Shown: piece by piece, positions 1 to 11,941 of the stretch
Layout of the letters: the number at the start of each line of letters is the position of its first letter
How positions within the stretch are numbered: the stretch's first letter is position 1
Virus record (IMG/VR): IMGVR_UViG_3300046533_001163
Reading direction: 5' to 3' (one strand)
Source: a virus
Lineage: Duplodnaviria > Heunggongvirae > Uroviricota > Caudoviricetes
Length of the DNA: 64,000 bases
The notes under the pieces: model-generated
Database searches by the model: none
What the model saw: only the letters and a program-made list of their open reading frames with translations
Told to the model about the DNA's origin: nothing
Program-made: the position numbers and the translations under genes

Positions 1-363
1 CTTAGGGTAAAACTTACGCATTTCCTTCATACCCCATTTATCAACCCATCGCTCTGCTTTTAACGCTACTTTCTTGACAAGGTAATAACTTTCGTCTCGG
101 TGGTAATTATACCACAAATCATTAAAAATGCAATGCAAATGTCCAAGTTCATGGAAAAGAGTGGATATTAAAATAGATAGATGTTTACGGCGATTCTTCG
201 GATCAAAGAAGATATTGTCAACAAGCTTGGAATTGATTGTTATATGGCGAGTATGTCCATTTGCTTCAGCAGAAAAATCAATACTCTTATTAAAATTTAC
301 CCGACATGCCCCATACATTTTGGCAAGCCGCTTCATTTCCTGAATTAACTTTTTTCGGTCCAT
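1..363 (-). CDS. Zincin-like metallopeptidase (HExxH), partial; runs off the window start
   Basis: Not in the ORF track. Hand translation from ATG at 363 gives MDRKKLIQEMKRLAK...STLFHELGHLHC..., open to base 1. A TTAGTTATCCATA motif lies 10 nt upstream. Confidence 0.6.
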   Translation of the reverse strand, partial: MDRKKLIQEMKRLAKMYGACRVNFNKSIDFSAEANGHTRHITINSKLVDNIFFDPKNRRKHLSILISTLFHELGHLHCIFNDLWYNYHRDESYYLVKKVALKAERWVDKWGMKEMRKFYPK

Positions 364-373
364 GATAGGATTT

Positions 374-386
374 TATGGATAACTAA
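374..386 (-). promoter_or_regulatory. TTAGTTATCCATA motif copy
   Basis: Exact copy, 10 nt before ATG at 363. Confidence 0.75.
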
Positions 387-1470
387 GATATCATAGTGAC
401 CAAATGAGTATTCCGCCAATTGTTAGAGCGCTCATCTTCCAGGCGAAGCTAATAGTTCTAGAGAAACGCTGCTGATCGCTTACAGAAGGAACAAAGCGAA
501 GCAATAACCAATCAAAAGCGCATCCATACATTCCGCCCAATAAAACAAAAGAAAAGAACCATGTTACAATACATTGCATTGCCTCTAAAACAGTTGCCAT
601 GCATTCAATTATCATTAAAGCAACCAATACGCAAGATGGGCCAGTGGTGTTATTTTTAAGGAGAACTTCGCCATCCTTGCGATATGCTGTTCGTCCCACT
701 CTATCATACCTATCGATGATAAAAACATAGTTATCAACATTCCAAATAAGAATACATAACAGGCATAAACTCCTGTCATAAGTAAAAATTTTAAGAGCCA
801 TTCTATGGCTACGGCGTCAATCATAGTTGGCTCAAAATCCTACCAGTCATCCAAGCTACACACATATAAAAAATATGAACTCTTGGGTTTTCCTTGGCAT
901 CTTTATTGATAGTGAAGTAAACCAATAACACGCTCGTTAAAAGACCTGTAAGAAAAATTTCTTTACCCATGATTTCGCCTTTATTGGTCTAGTTCCAGAA
1001 TTTATGGCCGCAAACATCACACATATGCAAACTATAATAGATTTGTATATCTCCGAATGTTCCCGCCTTTGATTCTTGTCTATGTTTGATAATCGTTGTT
1101 GAATTGTGTGATATATGACACCAGATCGGCATCCATGTAATAGCCGAAATAACTCTCCAGATTGTCTTGAAAAGCTTGGTCATTTATTTCTAGTTCGGTT
1201 TTTGAATTTTCTAGTTCGGAACTCACCTTGGAAGAATAGCCATGTTAAATGATATGGCAGCAAATCCTTAACAACATGATAATCGTGAAGTAGATTGTCC
1301 TTCGGTGTATACCAGCACAGATGAGGCATCCATGAATTTTTAGGAAATAACAGCTTAAGCCTGCCGCAAAAACGGTGGCGAAACATGATAACAATTAAAC
1401 CAATTAAACAATTCCCGTACTTCATGGCATTTCTCCTTAATGCTCAATCGTTCCATCCATATTTAATTAA

Positions 1471-1869
1471 CTAATCATAATAAATTTCTGATACAATTTT
1501 CTCTTTGCCGTCATGATAATCTTCAATATAAATTTTGATAGAAACATCTTTAATCTCTAAAGAAAATATACGATGATATTTGCCTCTCTTTTCAGAATCA
1601 GTGGCATTCCTGTATTTATGCTGAAAATGGGTAAGGCAAGCGATTAAATCATGGTCAGAGCGAAGTGCGATACTATCATTATCTGGAAATGAATAATGGT
1701 CGCCGCTACCATATACTTGAAATTGATGGTCGTTTTTATTTTTAGGCCAATCTTTGTGCGTTCCCACCTTCCAGCATCTATTAGCCTTAAGCCATTCGGC
1801 CATCTCTTGGTTAATAGAGAATCCACCAAATTTAGTGTTGATAATTATTCTTGTTGAAAGGGATTCCAT
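1471..1869 (-). CDS. Conserved phage hypothetical protein (IIINxxFGGFS...RxDxDLI type)
   Basis: N-terminal FGGFS and later RSDHDLIACL resemble a recurrent phage family of unknown function. Confidence 0.5.
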   Translation of the reverse strand: MESLSTRIIINTKFGGFSINQEMAEWLKANRCWKVGTHKDWPKNKNDHQFQVYGSGDHYSFPDNDSIALRSDHDLIACLTHFQHKYRNATDSEKRGKYHRIFSLEIKDVSIKIYIEDYHDGKEKIVSEIYYD

Positions 1870-2413
1870 GATTACACCAGCACATAGTAATTTTTGGGGC
1901 GAACAGCAAAAACATAAGGCTCACTAAGAAAGTCATCTTGGTTTGCATTAAACAATGCTTCGGCAACTTTTTCTGCATCTTTTTTATTCTGGAACAAAAG
2001 CGGAATATCATCATCGAACATATCAGTATCTAAAAATTTAAATTTAAATTTTTTGGGACTTGTATACTTCATCAAGTATTCATGGGAACCGCCATCATAA
2101 ATTACATATTGATTCTTACTCGCCATAATCTTCCTCCGGTATATTCTGGGGACAACTTTTGTACTTACACTCATTGTTCTTATATTCCTTACTGCCGCAA
2201 TCGGGACACTCATCATCAAACAAAATCCCGCATTTCTCTTCAAGCAATTTCTCAAAACATTCCGCAATTACCTTGCGGGTTTCTTCTCGCTCTTGGCAAA
2301 AATGTGCTTCAATGTTATCGGGGATTGATGGAAAATCAATCGTTCCGGTGCAGCCAGAAAGGCCAACGGAGGAATCGCCGGAGGTATGAATGAATATTTT
2401 CATGTCAGCGCCT

Positions 2414-2426
2414 TATGGATAACTAA
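2414..2426 (-). promoter_or_regulatory. TTAGTTATCCATA motif copy
   Basis: Exact copy, 10 nt before ATG at 2403. Confidence 0.75.
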
Positions 2427-4059
2427 ATGGCTACAAAAATCAATCCAAAAATCACCAAGACCGTACCGACAACAAAACAGAAGTCTAAATCTCTTGTTCT
2501 ATACGCTGCTGATTTATAAAATGAATACGCTGCACCGAATAAGCATTTAATAAGAACTAGAAATGACATAGCAAATTCCTTTAGTTGTTTGGCATAGCGA
2601 CAAACAATTTTGCAAGTCCATCCATAAAAGTTTCGGTATACCTAGTAATATCCTCAGGAATACCTGCAAGAAGGCAATCTGTCTGGTGGTCTTGTGTATG
2701 ATAGTTGGTAAGTGCTTGATTAATAAAAGCATTGTGCTGCGCGAGAAGACGATTCACAATTTCAAGCTTTTGTTCAGTACTCATTTTTCACCACTTTAGG
2801 GAAATTTCTTTAACTTGAACCGTCTCAAGCCGGATGTCTTCAGTCGCGGTTGTTGCCAGTAAGGGATCAAGCAACAAATCATCGGCATCTTCTTTTTCGT
2901 CTAATCCGTAAGTTATCGGATTATTAACGCAGTGAAGGGGTTGCCATCCACTAGAAGTCCACACAACATTTTCTTGACTGTGCCCGGCGTCGGCAACAAT
3001 TATTAGTCTTTTTATTTGTGGCATTAGAACAAATCCTTCCAGCGAACATGGCGATTATGGTGCGTCATCATATGGCGGTCAAAACCGCTCACAAAAGAAA
3101 TTGCGAACATCGTTAGTCCTATAAAACAAATTCCTTGAATACCCATTAAGATCAGCATTTTTATTCCTTAAACGGCTACAGGCTCTTCGGAGGATTCTTC
3201 ATCTTCGCAGATAATACCATGGCAGGTTCCATCAGAAAAAAGTAAGAACAAACAGGACTGGTAACCAATTCCATCCGTGTAGATGGTAGTGCTTACAACA
3301 GCCTGAATGTTTTTTCCTACTGTCCTTGCCAACTTAATCTGCCTGTACTTCGGCAATTCCATTTTGCCAGAAACCAACTTCAGATCAGAGGAATTAATCT
3401 TATTCCCCTTGGCGTCTACGATGACGACAAGTTTCTTTTCTGGATTTGGCGTAATCCAAGTAGATTTATCCCAGCCCATCATTTGCTTTCGTTCTTAGAT
3501 CTTTTTTCGTACCACGAAACGACGCGAGGATCAACCCACTCAACCTTCTTCCGCAACTGCTTCAATGCATCCTTAGCTGTAATCTCGCCAAGTCGCACAG
3601 CAGAACGAAAGCCAGTAGACTTGGCCTTCGGCGCTTCCTTCACCACTTCGGTAACGGGTTCAGCAGTAGTAACAACGTCAGACTTTTTTGCTTTTCGGGG
3701 CATTGTATGCTTTCAGGTGGTCAGATGGAACTCGTATCGAGACAAATTTTGCTTTTTTTCTAAATTCTACAAGACTCCAAGAAATACCTTTTCTCCATTC
3801 CTGCCTCATAACCACACCGTTCATTCCCCATAGTGATGGGTACTGAAGTGCTACTTTTACCTTAACCCCTTTGCCTATCATAAACGGATGTTGCGGAAGA
3901 GCATTAACGACCTTTTGAAACTCTCCGTTTTTCACACAAGAAACACAACCGAATAATGGTCTACTACGCTTGTCTGGTCTATTGTCGCGTTTAAACGCAA
4001 CTGCTGCATTTTTCGCTAAAACTCTTTCGCCACATGATGCACACTTTGCCATATAACCC

Positions 4060-4072
4060 TATGGATAACTAA
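4060..4072 (-). promoter_or_regulatory. TTAGTTATCCATA motif copy
   Basis: Exact copy overlapping the upstream stop, 7 nt before ATG at 4052. Confidence 0.75.
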
Positions 4073-5012
4073 AGACTCTCTTGGTATTCACGCAAGGCAT
4101 TTCTGAAAAGAACAAATCTCTCATACATGATTATCAAAGACTGTTTAGGCATCCATTGCAGTCTTTTCTTCTTGTCATAATAAGAGTGAATAAGATGTTC
4201 TGTTTCTTGGATTTGCGTTAAATAAGTGCCGCATCTTGCCTTGATCGGCCAGATCGGATGGTTCATCGCGGCATCTACCTCTAAATTAATCAATAAATTA
4301 GACAAGCGATTCTTTTGTTCGACGGCTGCGAAAACGACTAACTGAAAGTCCTCCTTGCCAGGCAAATAGTGTATTAAGGTATGCAGATTAGCATCAATAA
4401 TTGCAAGTTCATGCGCACCCTTCCAGTAAAAGGCGCGAGTTTTATCAATGACTTCTTCTTGTTTTTTAGACATGGTTGCCGACTAGCGCCACAAAAAATT
4501 GACAATTATCTCGGGCCATGTACTCATGTATGTATCATAAATCCATATCGCACCACATACGCCGACACAAGCGCACATCAAGAATAAACGAGGCATTTTT
4601 TTAGCCTGTTCGTCAAAGGTTAATGACATACAAGCAATAAAGCAATACGCAATAACGGCAAACATTTGCTGAAATGTGCTACTCATCTGTTGGCCTATCT
4701 ACAAAAAAGGATTTTCCGCTTTCACAGACATAAATCTTTTGCTGATTAAAAACCTTACAAGCATCCGTCAACAAACTTTTAAATGCCTTAAGTTTTGATT
4801 TCACGATACTCACATACAACACTCTACTGACATCCCATATCACAGACCCCGCGTCAGATTTCCAGGTTCCCCGAACTTTGCCGGCGTAGGTTTCGCCTCC
4901 AGCTATATCCCTAAGCTTACCGCGAAACCGATCAAAATCGCTTTCATCGTCCAGCGAATTTTTGCTACCGTTTATCGGAATTAGTATTCTATATTCGGTC
5001 ATGGTGAGTGAT

Positions 5013-5025
5013 AAGGGATAACTAA
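5013..5025 (-). promoter_or_regulatory. Degenerate motif copy TTAGTTATCCCTT
   Basis: 11/13 match, overlaps the upstream stop, 10 nt before ATG at 5002. Confidence 0.55.
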
Positions 5026-5514
5026 CGCCCCTCAATTTTCTCCGCGATTACTGACATCCACATAATAAGACACTGGCACAAATACCCAACTCCTGCAAGA
5101 GGCCAGCCAAAAATAGACCTGATGCACTTAAGCATCCATTGTGTATCTTTCGGATAATTGACTAACCATCCACCAGAACCAACGAAAATCCCACCAGTGA
5201 ATAGAAATAAAATCATGAGAATATAAAATGGAAGAGCTAGTGCTTTTCTTACGTATTGCATTTTTTAGCTCGTCAGTTTGTAGCCATTTTTTTCAAGAAG
5301 CCATTTCAGATCATACGAATCAACCGACTGCTCCGCTGCATAGGTTTTAACCGTTAACTTATTGTCGTAATCCCAAAAATCCTTCATGAACCCAAGCTCA
5401 ATACCATTGAGTTCAATAGTTGTGTATTTTGCCCAACCACCGAAAGGAAGCTTTCTTTTCGCTCCTTCTCGGATATGCAATTCGGTAAGTTTAATTGGTT
5501 TCATGATGGGTCTT

Positions 5515-5527
5515 TATGGATAACTAA
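5515..5527 (-). promoter_or_regulatory. TTAGTTATCCATA motif copy
   Basis: Exact copy, 10 nt before ATG at 5504. Confidence 0.75.
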
Positions 5528-5958
5528 TTTGGGGTCTGGTTCTCTAACCCACTCTATGGCTATTCGTCCTCACAGAGAATTTCACCATCCATAATTTCTA
5601 TTTTTTCGTTACAAAAACAACATTCGCAAGTATACAAAACAGATACATTGTTTTCATAAATTGATATCTTATTTAATGTCCCACCATTATGCGGGCATTT
5701 ATGAGACTTAAGCCAACCTCGTATCATGTCCTGCTCTTTTTCAGGAAATAAATTATTGGTGCTCATTCGGCACTTCCAGTTAGAATAGAGAAGTCTTTAG
5801 GCAGATTAAATTCTTCTGCCGTATCTTTGCTTGGCGATGTTATGCCGGAAATGTTAACGAGTAATCCATGATCGGCAAACGCGCTAGGAAGCACGTAGAG
5901 AATCGCCGGACCATCCAGATTAGCATCTGGAATCGCATTGGCCGCGTCCCGCAGTTGC

Positions 5959-6564
5959 CTAAGAGTGATATTTTTTAACATATATCGCGGCCTTAATATG
6001 TGCTCGCTGTAGTTCAGTTAATTGATGCTGCGTATCAAGAATGGCCTGTAAATGATCTATATCACAGTCCACCAATCGCTTCCATCGGAAGTGCTCTTTG
6101 CCGCTCTTTCCGTAGGTTCCCCACAATTTAAACCCATTTTCATCTACGTAAAATCCATCTACAACACGAAAAGGTTGCGCGGAATCATCTTCCTCTATTT
6201 CTTTAACTGGCGACTCTATTTTCACGCTAAGATGTTCAGGAAGTTCTGGAAACTTAATTGGTTGCCAGCAAATAACCGATCCATCTGGAAACGAACCCCA
6301 TGACGACGAACGCCAGTGCATATTTTCATAACGTCCTTTACGAACATATGGTAAGTCTACATTTTCCGTATTGTGTTTAACAACTATAAAGCACTCTTCT
6401 TTATTGTCTGGCAATTCATCCTTGCAATAAATCCAGTCATCATTGCTAATTTCTGGAATATCCACTTTTACTTTAGGAGTATCGGCATTATTAGCCTTGC
6501 AGCCCCCAATAAATGGAAGCAGACCAGCCAACGGAAGCGATGATAGAAAATTTCTGCGTTTCAT
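5959..6564 (-). CDS. Tat-leader protein with DUF551-like domain and a C-terminal phage domain
   Basis: MKRRNFLSSLPLAGLLPF twin-arginine leader; DWIYCKDELPD...WQPIKFPELP resembles DUF551. Confidence 0.55.
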   Translation of the reverse strand: MKRRNFLSSLPLAGLLPFIGGCKANNADTPKVKVDIPEISNDDWIYCKDELPDNKEECFIVVKHNTENVDLPYVRKGRYENMHWRSSSWGSFPDGSVICWQPIKFPELPEHLSVKIESPVKEIEEDDSAQPFRVVDGFYVDENGFKLWGTYGKSGKEHFRWKRLVDCDIDHLQAILDTQHQLTELQRAHIKAAIYVKKYHS

Positions 6565-7496
6565 GATTTCTTGACATCCTTAACGAGTTCAGCCGCCTTC
6601 TCAATCAAGAAGACGTTTGGAGCTACGTAAGCTTTAAGCGCTGCCTTAGACGAAGAAAGGCCATTGGTTATGCAGATGGGGAATACTGCGGCAAAACTAA
6701 TAACAAGAATTACAACAGAAATAATACCCTTTGCAAATCCAGTATCGCTTACCCATTCGGACAACCATGCTTTTTTAACAATAAAATAAATCGCTACAAC
6801 AGCAGCGGTAAAAAAGAATAAACAAAAACTTGCCTGCAAACAATTTGACCATATTTCCCAAGTAATAAACTGTTGGACGGTTTCTGGGATTTTATCCTCA
6901 GCGAACTCCGCTCCTTTCTTGCCGATAACTTCAAGATAGTCCAGATACTTAACAAGCCGAACCTTAATTTCCTCGTTCATAGTACTCCTCAATTTTCTTG
7001 TTAGAAAGATTGTCTGCGATTGACCTTAATAATTCTTTTTCAGATGTTAATATCAAAATTTTATCACCGTCAATTAAACGATAGAACACGAAGCTCTCTT
7101 CGCCTATATTAACGCCAGGAAAAACTCTCTTAGACTGCATCTTTTCAACGGCTTCAATAATCAAATGATTAAGAGCAAACTTACCATATCCAATAGTGGA
7201 TAGATGGAGAGTTTCCTTAAAAATAGTAGGCAGTAATTCAAGGACTGCCTTATGTACTTTTTCAATCGGCGTCATGTTTTACTTTAAAGAAGAGCAGCAA
7301 GCTTTTTAAGCTGGGAAACAGTGATATATGAATCGTTATCATCCGGTTCGATATAACATTTATCACCGACTTTAACCTCAGAAAAAGAATCGTCGGCATC
7401 TTTCCAAATAAATGATTCGTCAATCAAATAAATTCTTTGACCATGCTTAACAGCATATGTTAAGCCGAATCTAGCTATAGCGGTGCCATTCATTTT

Positions 7497-7739
7497 TCAC
7501 CAAGAGATTGAGTAAACTTGCGTCTGGCTTTCGTCATCAGGCGTTTTATATACATGCAAACCATTGTCTTTAAGCATCTTCACTACAGCATCATTATAAA
7601 GATAAAAACCACTCACAGAATTCTCTTGTGTTATGGCATAATCTATAAGATTAGAAATAATTCCAATACACAGTTTGGTATCATCATCTTCTGGAAGAAC
7701 AGAGATATTTGTAAGTAAATCAGCTAAATTCATGACCAC
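7497..7739 (-). CDS. Small paralog family B member (MNLADLL...YSISW)
   Basis: Similar ends and length to the two neighbouring ORFs. Confidence 0.55.
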   Translation of the reverse strand: MVMNLADLLTNISVLPEDDDTKLCIGIISNLIDYAITQENSVSGFYLYNDAVVKMLKDNGLHVYKTPDDESQTQVYSISW

Positions 7740-7954
7740 TTAACCATTGTGCCGTATTTTTTAACATTAATAACAAGACCCTCAAACTGGAGAGAGTTTG
7801 TTTCTTTGTCTCCAATTTTTTGCTCTAGCTCAGTGAAATTCTGTCCAGTAGATGCACAAGAAAACAAAATAGACACTGTGCCAAGCAAGGACTTCAAGTC
7901 CGGGTTGTCCTTTGATTCTTTGCTTATTTTTCGGAGTAAATCGGCCAAATTCAT
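7730..7954 (-). CDS. Small paralog family B member
   Basis: MNLADLL...MVKWS. Confidence 0.55.
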   Translation of the reverse strand: MNLADLLRKISKESKDNPDLKSLLGTVSILFSCASTGQNFTELEQKIGDKETNSLQFEGLVINVKKYGTMVKWS

Positions 7955-7987
7955 AGTTCGGCAATTATAGCAGAATAAATGGTTCTG

Positions 7988-8224
7988 TCAATCCCAAGAA
8001 AGAGTGTATGACTGTTTATTTTCATCAAATACCGGCGGGGAAATTCTAACTCCTTCGTCAACTAACATATCATATACTTTACGGGATGCGATATACATAT
8101 CTGTAGCAAGCATGCCATTTGCAGAATACTGAATAAGCACGCCAGCAATTTTATTGAACACTTGAATATCCTTTTCATCTTCGTGAAGATGACTCAATTT
8201 TTTTAAATAGTCTGCCATCTTCAT
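7988..8224 (-). CDS. Small paralog family B member
   Basis: MKMADYLK...YTLSWD. Confidence 0.5.
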   Translation of the reverse strand: MKMADYLKKLSHLHEDEKDIQVFNKIAGVLIQYSANGMLATDMYIASRKVYDMLVDEGVRISPPVFDENKQSYTLSWD

Positions 8225-8666
8225 GGTCAGCCTCGTTTGCTATTCTGTATTTCGGCAACAGCCCTTTTGTAAACATCTGTATTATGGTCAATAGGATGCT
8301 TTTTGTGTCCATGAACGTCCAGGGACACAAACGCCAGTGTTCCCACCACTAAAATCAAACAGCAAATGAAAAAAGTGATTGCCATGATGGTCCTTTATGA
8401 GGATTTTCTGCCGATATAGGTATAAGAAAAAAATGCATAGATGAATATAGCCAGCAAAACGTCCTTCCATGGATGAAAGAAGAACGCCGCAGCGAAATCA
8501 CCAACAACAAATAATCCTAAAATAATAGAAATAAAGAATCCTGACGGATTACACCCCGGCTCCAAACCGCCCTTCATAAGCGAAGGGTAAAAAACTCCCA
8601 AAAAGGCAGTAGGGAGTAATCCAATCATAGAAAGAGCCAACAAAATTTGCATAGCTATTGGTCCCA

Positions 8667-9290
8667 TCATTCATCTCCTTCAACTGAAGCAAGTTCTTCC
8701 TCGGCAGTTGCTTTTTCCATGAATTTTTCGTCTTCCGCTACAACGTCTTCGTCGGTCTTGACGTTTTGGTATGGTCTAGACAACCACCAAGCACAACTCA
8801 AATCGCTGCATTTTCTAACTTCTTGAGTCTGAAAACTTGTACACATAAGACAATTCAGTTTCTTAGAAGCATTTGTGCTGCCTTTAACAACAAGATCAAC
8901 AAGAGGCAAGTACTGTTGCTTGTTATGCGAAACACAAACCTGCTTCATTGCACTGACGGCGGCATTGTATTTCGGATTTTTCTTAAACTTTTCGCCTCTA
9001 CTTTTACGGTCTTTCCTTCCGTCAAGCATCGCCTGCTTATGCTCTGGCGACATTTTCACGCCAGCAGCACGACCACGCTTACCGGGAACCGTCTTTACCA
9101 CAATCTTCCAATCACGGATTCGCAGCAACACAACCGAAAAAGTAATCGGCTTAGGAGGCGACATTTTATTATAAATGTCGGCCACCTTTGTGGCCAAAAT
9201 ACTGTTATTCGCAAGACCACCATTTGCTTCAGCAGAAGTAATGGCAGCTTCAAATTTCTTTCGATCAACAGGGATTACGGCTCGGCTCAT
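8667..9290 (-). CDS. Basic hypothetical protein with C-terminal Cys4 zinc-finger-like motif and acidic tail
   Basis: CLMC...C...C-AWW..RPY motif; K/R-rich middle; good SD (AGGA). Confidence 0.5.
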   Translation of the reverse strand: MSRAVIPVDRKKFEAAITSAEANGGLANNSILATKVADIYNKMSPPKPITFSVVLLRIRDWKIVVKTVPGKRGRAAGVKMSPEHKQAMLDGRKDRKSRGEKFKKNPKYNAAVSAMKQVCVSHNKQQYLPLVDLVVKGSTNASKKLNCLMCTSFQTQEVRKCSDLSCAWWLSRPYQNVKTDEDVVAEDEKFMEKATAEEELASVEGDE

Positions 9291-9322
9291 GATTGTTCCT
9301 TTATTGGAAGATTATGCCGTGA

Positions 9323-9335
9323 TATGGATAACTAT
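9323..9335 (-). promoter_or_regulatory. ATAGTTATCCATA motif copy
   Basis: 12/13 match, intergenic, 32 nt before ATG at 9290. Confidence 0.7.
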
Positions 9336-9535
9336 TATTACATCCAATACCAGCAAGCACCACAGACAACTAAAATAGTTGTAATCAGTCCAATCAATGC
9401 ACAGGTAGCCAGTCCGCATCCATCCCGACTCTCAATCGGAACAAATACGCTTATCAACATTGTTGGTAGAAAACCAACGGCTAGGAAAAAATACCACAAC
9501 GGTGTCAAGATAAAATTAGCGATGAATCCCATGAT

Positions 9536-10054
9536 TTACTCCAAGTTGATTGTTAGCCCCATTGATTGCATTTTAAGCAACGCCTCCGCATTACCCATTG
9601 CATCATCAACGGGATGATGCGTATGTTTGGTTTTTCGTAAATGCTTGCAGTTAACAAACATGCTCTTGGCCATTCCCTTATAAAGAGAATTAAGGTTGGT
9701 TGACGAATGGCCGAATGGATTGCTTCCAAGAATATCATGAAAATAATAATTAACAAACTGCCAGTCAAATCCGTTGTTATCAGAAATAAATCTCGGATGC
9801 TCTTTATTGTGGGCCTTGATCCATTCTGCAAATGCCTTCATACCAAAAACCGCACCAGGGAAAGTCAGCGTTTTCTCTCTGGTTAAGCCACTAACGGCCA
9901 ATGCTTCTGGAACAAACTTATCTGAAATTGGACAAAACTCAGCATAAAAAGTTTTGTCCAACTTTGAATCAACTAAAACCGCACCAAGTTGCACCATGGA
10001 GTATAATCCAGGTGCCGGGCCGTCTGATTCAATGTCAACCATTATCCAAGACAT
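9536..10054 (-). CDS. DEDD-family 3'-5' exo(ribo)nuclease (RNase AS/DUF5051-like)
   Basis: VDIESDGP (ExoI), SDNNGFDWQF (ExoII), HHPVDDA (ExoIII). Confidence 0.85.
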   Translation of the reverse strand: MSWIMVDIESDGPAPGLYSMVQLGAVLVDSKLDKTFYAEFCPISDKFVPEALAVSGLTREKTLTFPGAVFGMKAFAEWIKAHNKEHPRFISDNNGFDWQFVNYYFHDILGSNPFGHSSTNLNSLYKGMAKSMFVNCKHLRKTKHTHHPVDDAMGNAEALLKMQSMGLTINLE

Positions 10055-10240
10055 TTTCTACATCCTTATCATGTATGTGAGTGTTAGAAACAGTATCAAG
10101 AATCCCACAAACCCAGATGCAATAACATCATTATTTTCCACGGTCTGAATTCGGAACAAAGTGAAAAACAAATGCACCGGCAATAGTCCCACAAGAATGC
10201 ACGGCAATACCAAGCATGTTATTAAATACACTAAAAACTC

Positions 10241-10996
10241 CTAAACAAAAACCAAACGGCTAATCCAAAAACAATGATACAATAAAACATAAATTCGGGA
10301 GAGAATCTTTGTGCAATCCACATTGCGATGATTGAAAGTTTTTTTAGCATGATTTCGTTCCCAAAATTGAGTCCATTGATCCGTATAAACTCGTTTTAAT
10401 TCTTCTCTATAAGCTTGAGTTTTAATTTTAAACATCTTAAGATGATGGCCAGAACCAATCTTGGCTACAATGCCTTCGGGAATTCTTGTTTTAACCGGAT
10501 ACTTTGACTCAATACTGAACGTTCCATCTTGAACTGATTTAATAAATTCTTGATTTAGATTGCCGACATAAACCAATTCCGCTACAGGCATTCCTCCGAA
10601 TACATCGTGAAACTCTTTCGGGGAAACAAAACCCTTTTTGTGAACATTAACATCAAACATAACCACATCATACTTCTTATCAGGCAGATGACTACCGGCA
10701 AAAGAACCATCACCAAAAAACTCTCCATAAACGGTTATACTTTGTGCTCCACGAAATAGTTTTTCTTTCTTAAAAATACGGTGTAATTCATCTGCATGTT
10801 TATTAAGAAATAAGGGAATCGCTGGACCATAAATCGGTTCATTTTCATCCATAAGACGATGTCTTAAACCAAATTTATAAAAACCATTTCTTGGCGACCA
10901 TTCATATCTGGTTGAACTACCGTCCATTTTAATCGTCGCGTAGCAAAAAGCATGCTCGGCCTTAGACGAACCAGCGATAGACGGGTACTCTTTCAC
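10241..10996 (-). CDS. ATP-dependent RNA ligase-like nucleotidyltransferase (Rnl2-type)
   Basis: KMDG motif I, YGEFFG, MFDV, EGIVAK, FKIK motifs in order. Confidence 0.75.
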   Translation of the reverse strand: MKEYPSIAGSSKAEHAFCYATIKMDGSSTRYEWSPRNGFYKFGLRHRLMDENEPIYGPAIPLFLNKHADELHRIFKKEKLFRGAQSITVYGEFFGDGSFAGSHLPDKKYDVVMFDVNVHKKGFVSPKEFHDVFGGMPVAELVYVGNLNQEFIKSVQDGTFSIESKYPVKTRIPEGIVAKIGSGHHLKMFKIKTQAYREELKRVYTDQWTQFWERNHAKKTFNHRNVDCTKILSRIYVLLYHCFWISRLVFV

Positions 10997-11240
10997 GGCT
11001 TCACATCCGAATTTGCATCGGGCGATGTTCTGGCTTCATGGCTTTCTTTATTCTTCCAAATGTATTTGGCGCGCTTTAAATCACGCAGCAATTGTTTGGC
11101 GATTGTCTTTTCATCCTTAGTATAAAAATGTTCGTTATACATCAGCATATCTTTCAGCGCCCTTTTAATAATGTTCTTTTCGATATTATAGATATACTGA
11201 AATCTAGATAACCGAGGACGGCGGGGTTTGCTTTCAGGGG

Positions 11241-11516
11241 TCATTCTATGTTCGCTTCTTTAACGGCAAGTAGCAATGTTTCTGATTCATTGATCCAGGA
11301 TATTTTTAATTTCTTAATCTCTTCCTTTAAACAATATTTTAAAGAGGCCGTACGATCAATGAACCCGCTTAATGATGAACGCTGGCAATCTAATCCTATA
11401 GAAATAAATTGACTGCTGTATCTTAAATTAATGTATAATTTGCCAAGCATGTAAGTATATTCGCCAATATTTTTGAACCCGATTGAAATAAGATAATTTT
11501 TATTATGCTTTTCCAT
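11241..11516 (-). CDS. Small paralog family A member
   Basis: N-terminal YLxxxGF signature, about 90 aa. Confidence 0.55.
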   Translation of the reverse strand: MEKHNKNYLISIGFKNIGEYTYMLGKLYINLRYSSQFISIGLDCQRSSLSGFIDRTASLKYCLKEEIKKLKISWINESETLLLAVKEANIE

Positions 11517-11518
11517 AA

Positions 11519-11800
11519 CTACACTTTCGGTATTTGACTAATGGCACTAACTAAATCATCTATGCTAGCCAAAATTCTAATGCGTAAATTTTTAACAGTA
11601 TCTTTAACAAATGTCGGACTAATTGGTTCCTTAGTAGAAAAAGCGCCACTTTGAACTGGTTTATCCCCCGCAAATAGATAAACATACCCGAAGTTTAATG
11701 TATGAGTTGCCAGATCAAACCGAACACTATTCTTAGTATAACAAAGAGTCCCTGTTTTTTTAAACCCTAAGTCTATTAACTGCTTTACTATTTCTTCCAT
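11519..11800 (-). CDS. Small paralog family A member
   Basis: MEEIVKQLIDLGFKKTG. Confidence 0.6.
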   Translation of the reverse strand: MEEIVKQLIDLGFKKTGTLCYTKNSVRFDLATHTLNFGYVYLFAGDKPVQSGAFSTKEPISPTFVKDTVKNLRIRILASIDDLVSAISQIPKV

Positions 11801-11934
11801 TACAATTTTGCCTCACTAATAGCATCAACTACTGTGCCAAATTCACTGACATGCACATTAATATGATTACGATGATAGGACTTCCAAGCAGGCAAAAACC
11901 CAAGCCCTACTAAATAATCATTAATTTCTTTCAT
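11800..11934 (-). CDS. Truncated family A member (44 aa)
   Basis: Not in the ORF track. Hand translation MKEINDYLVGLGF...EAKL; stop overlaps the next ATG. Confidence 0.5.
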   Translation of the reverse strand: MKEINDYLVGLGFLPAWKSYHRNHINVHVSEFGTVVDAISEAKL

Positions 11935-11941
11935 TATAACC

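Noticed and set aside
391-824. Frameshifted single gene suggested by overlapping ORFs 391-801 and 615-824
   Set aside because: It is better explained as two small adjacent membrane-protein genes with a later start for the downstream one.
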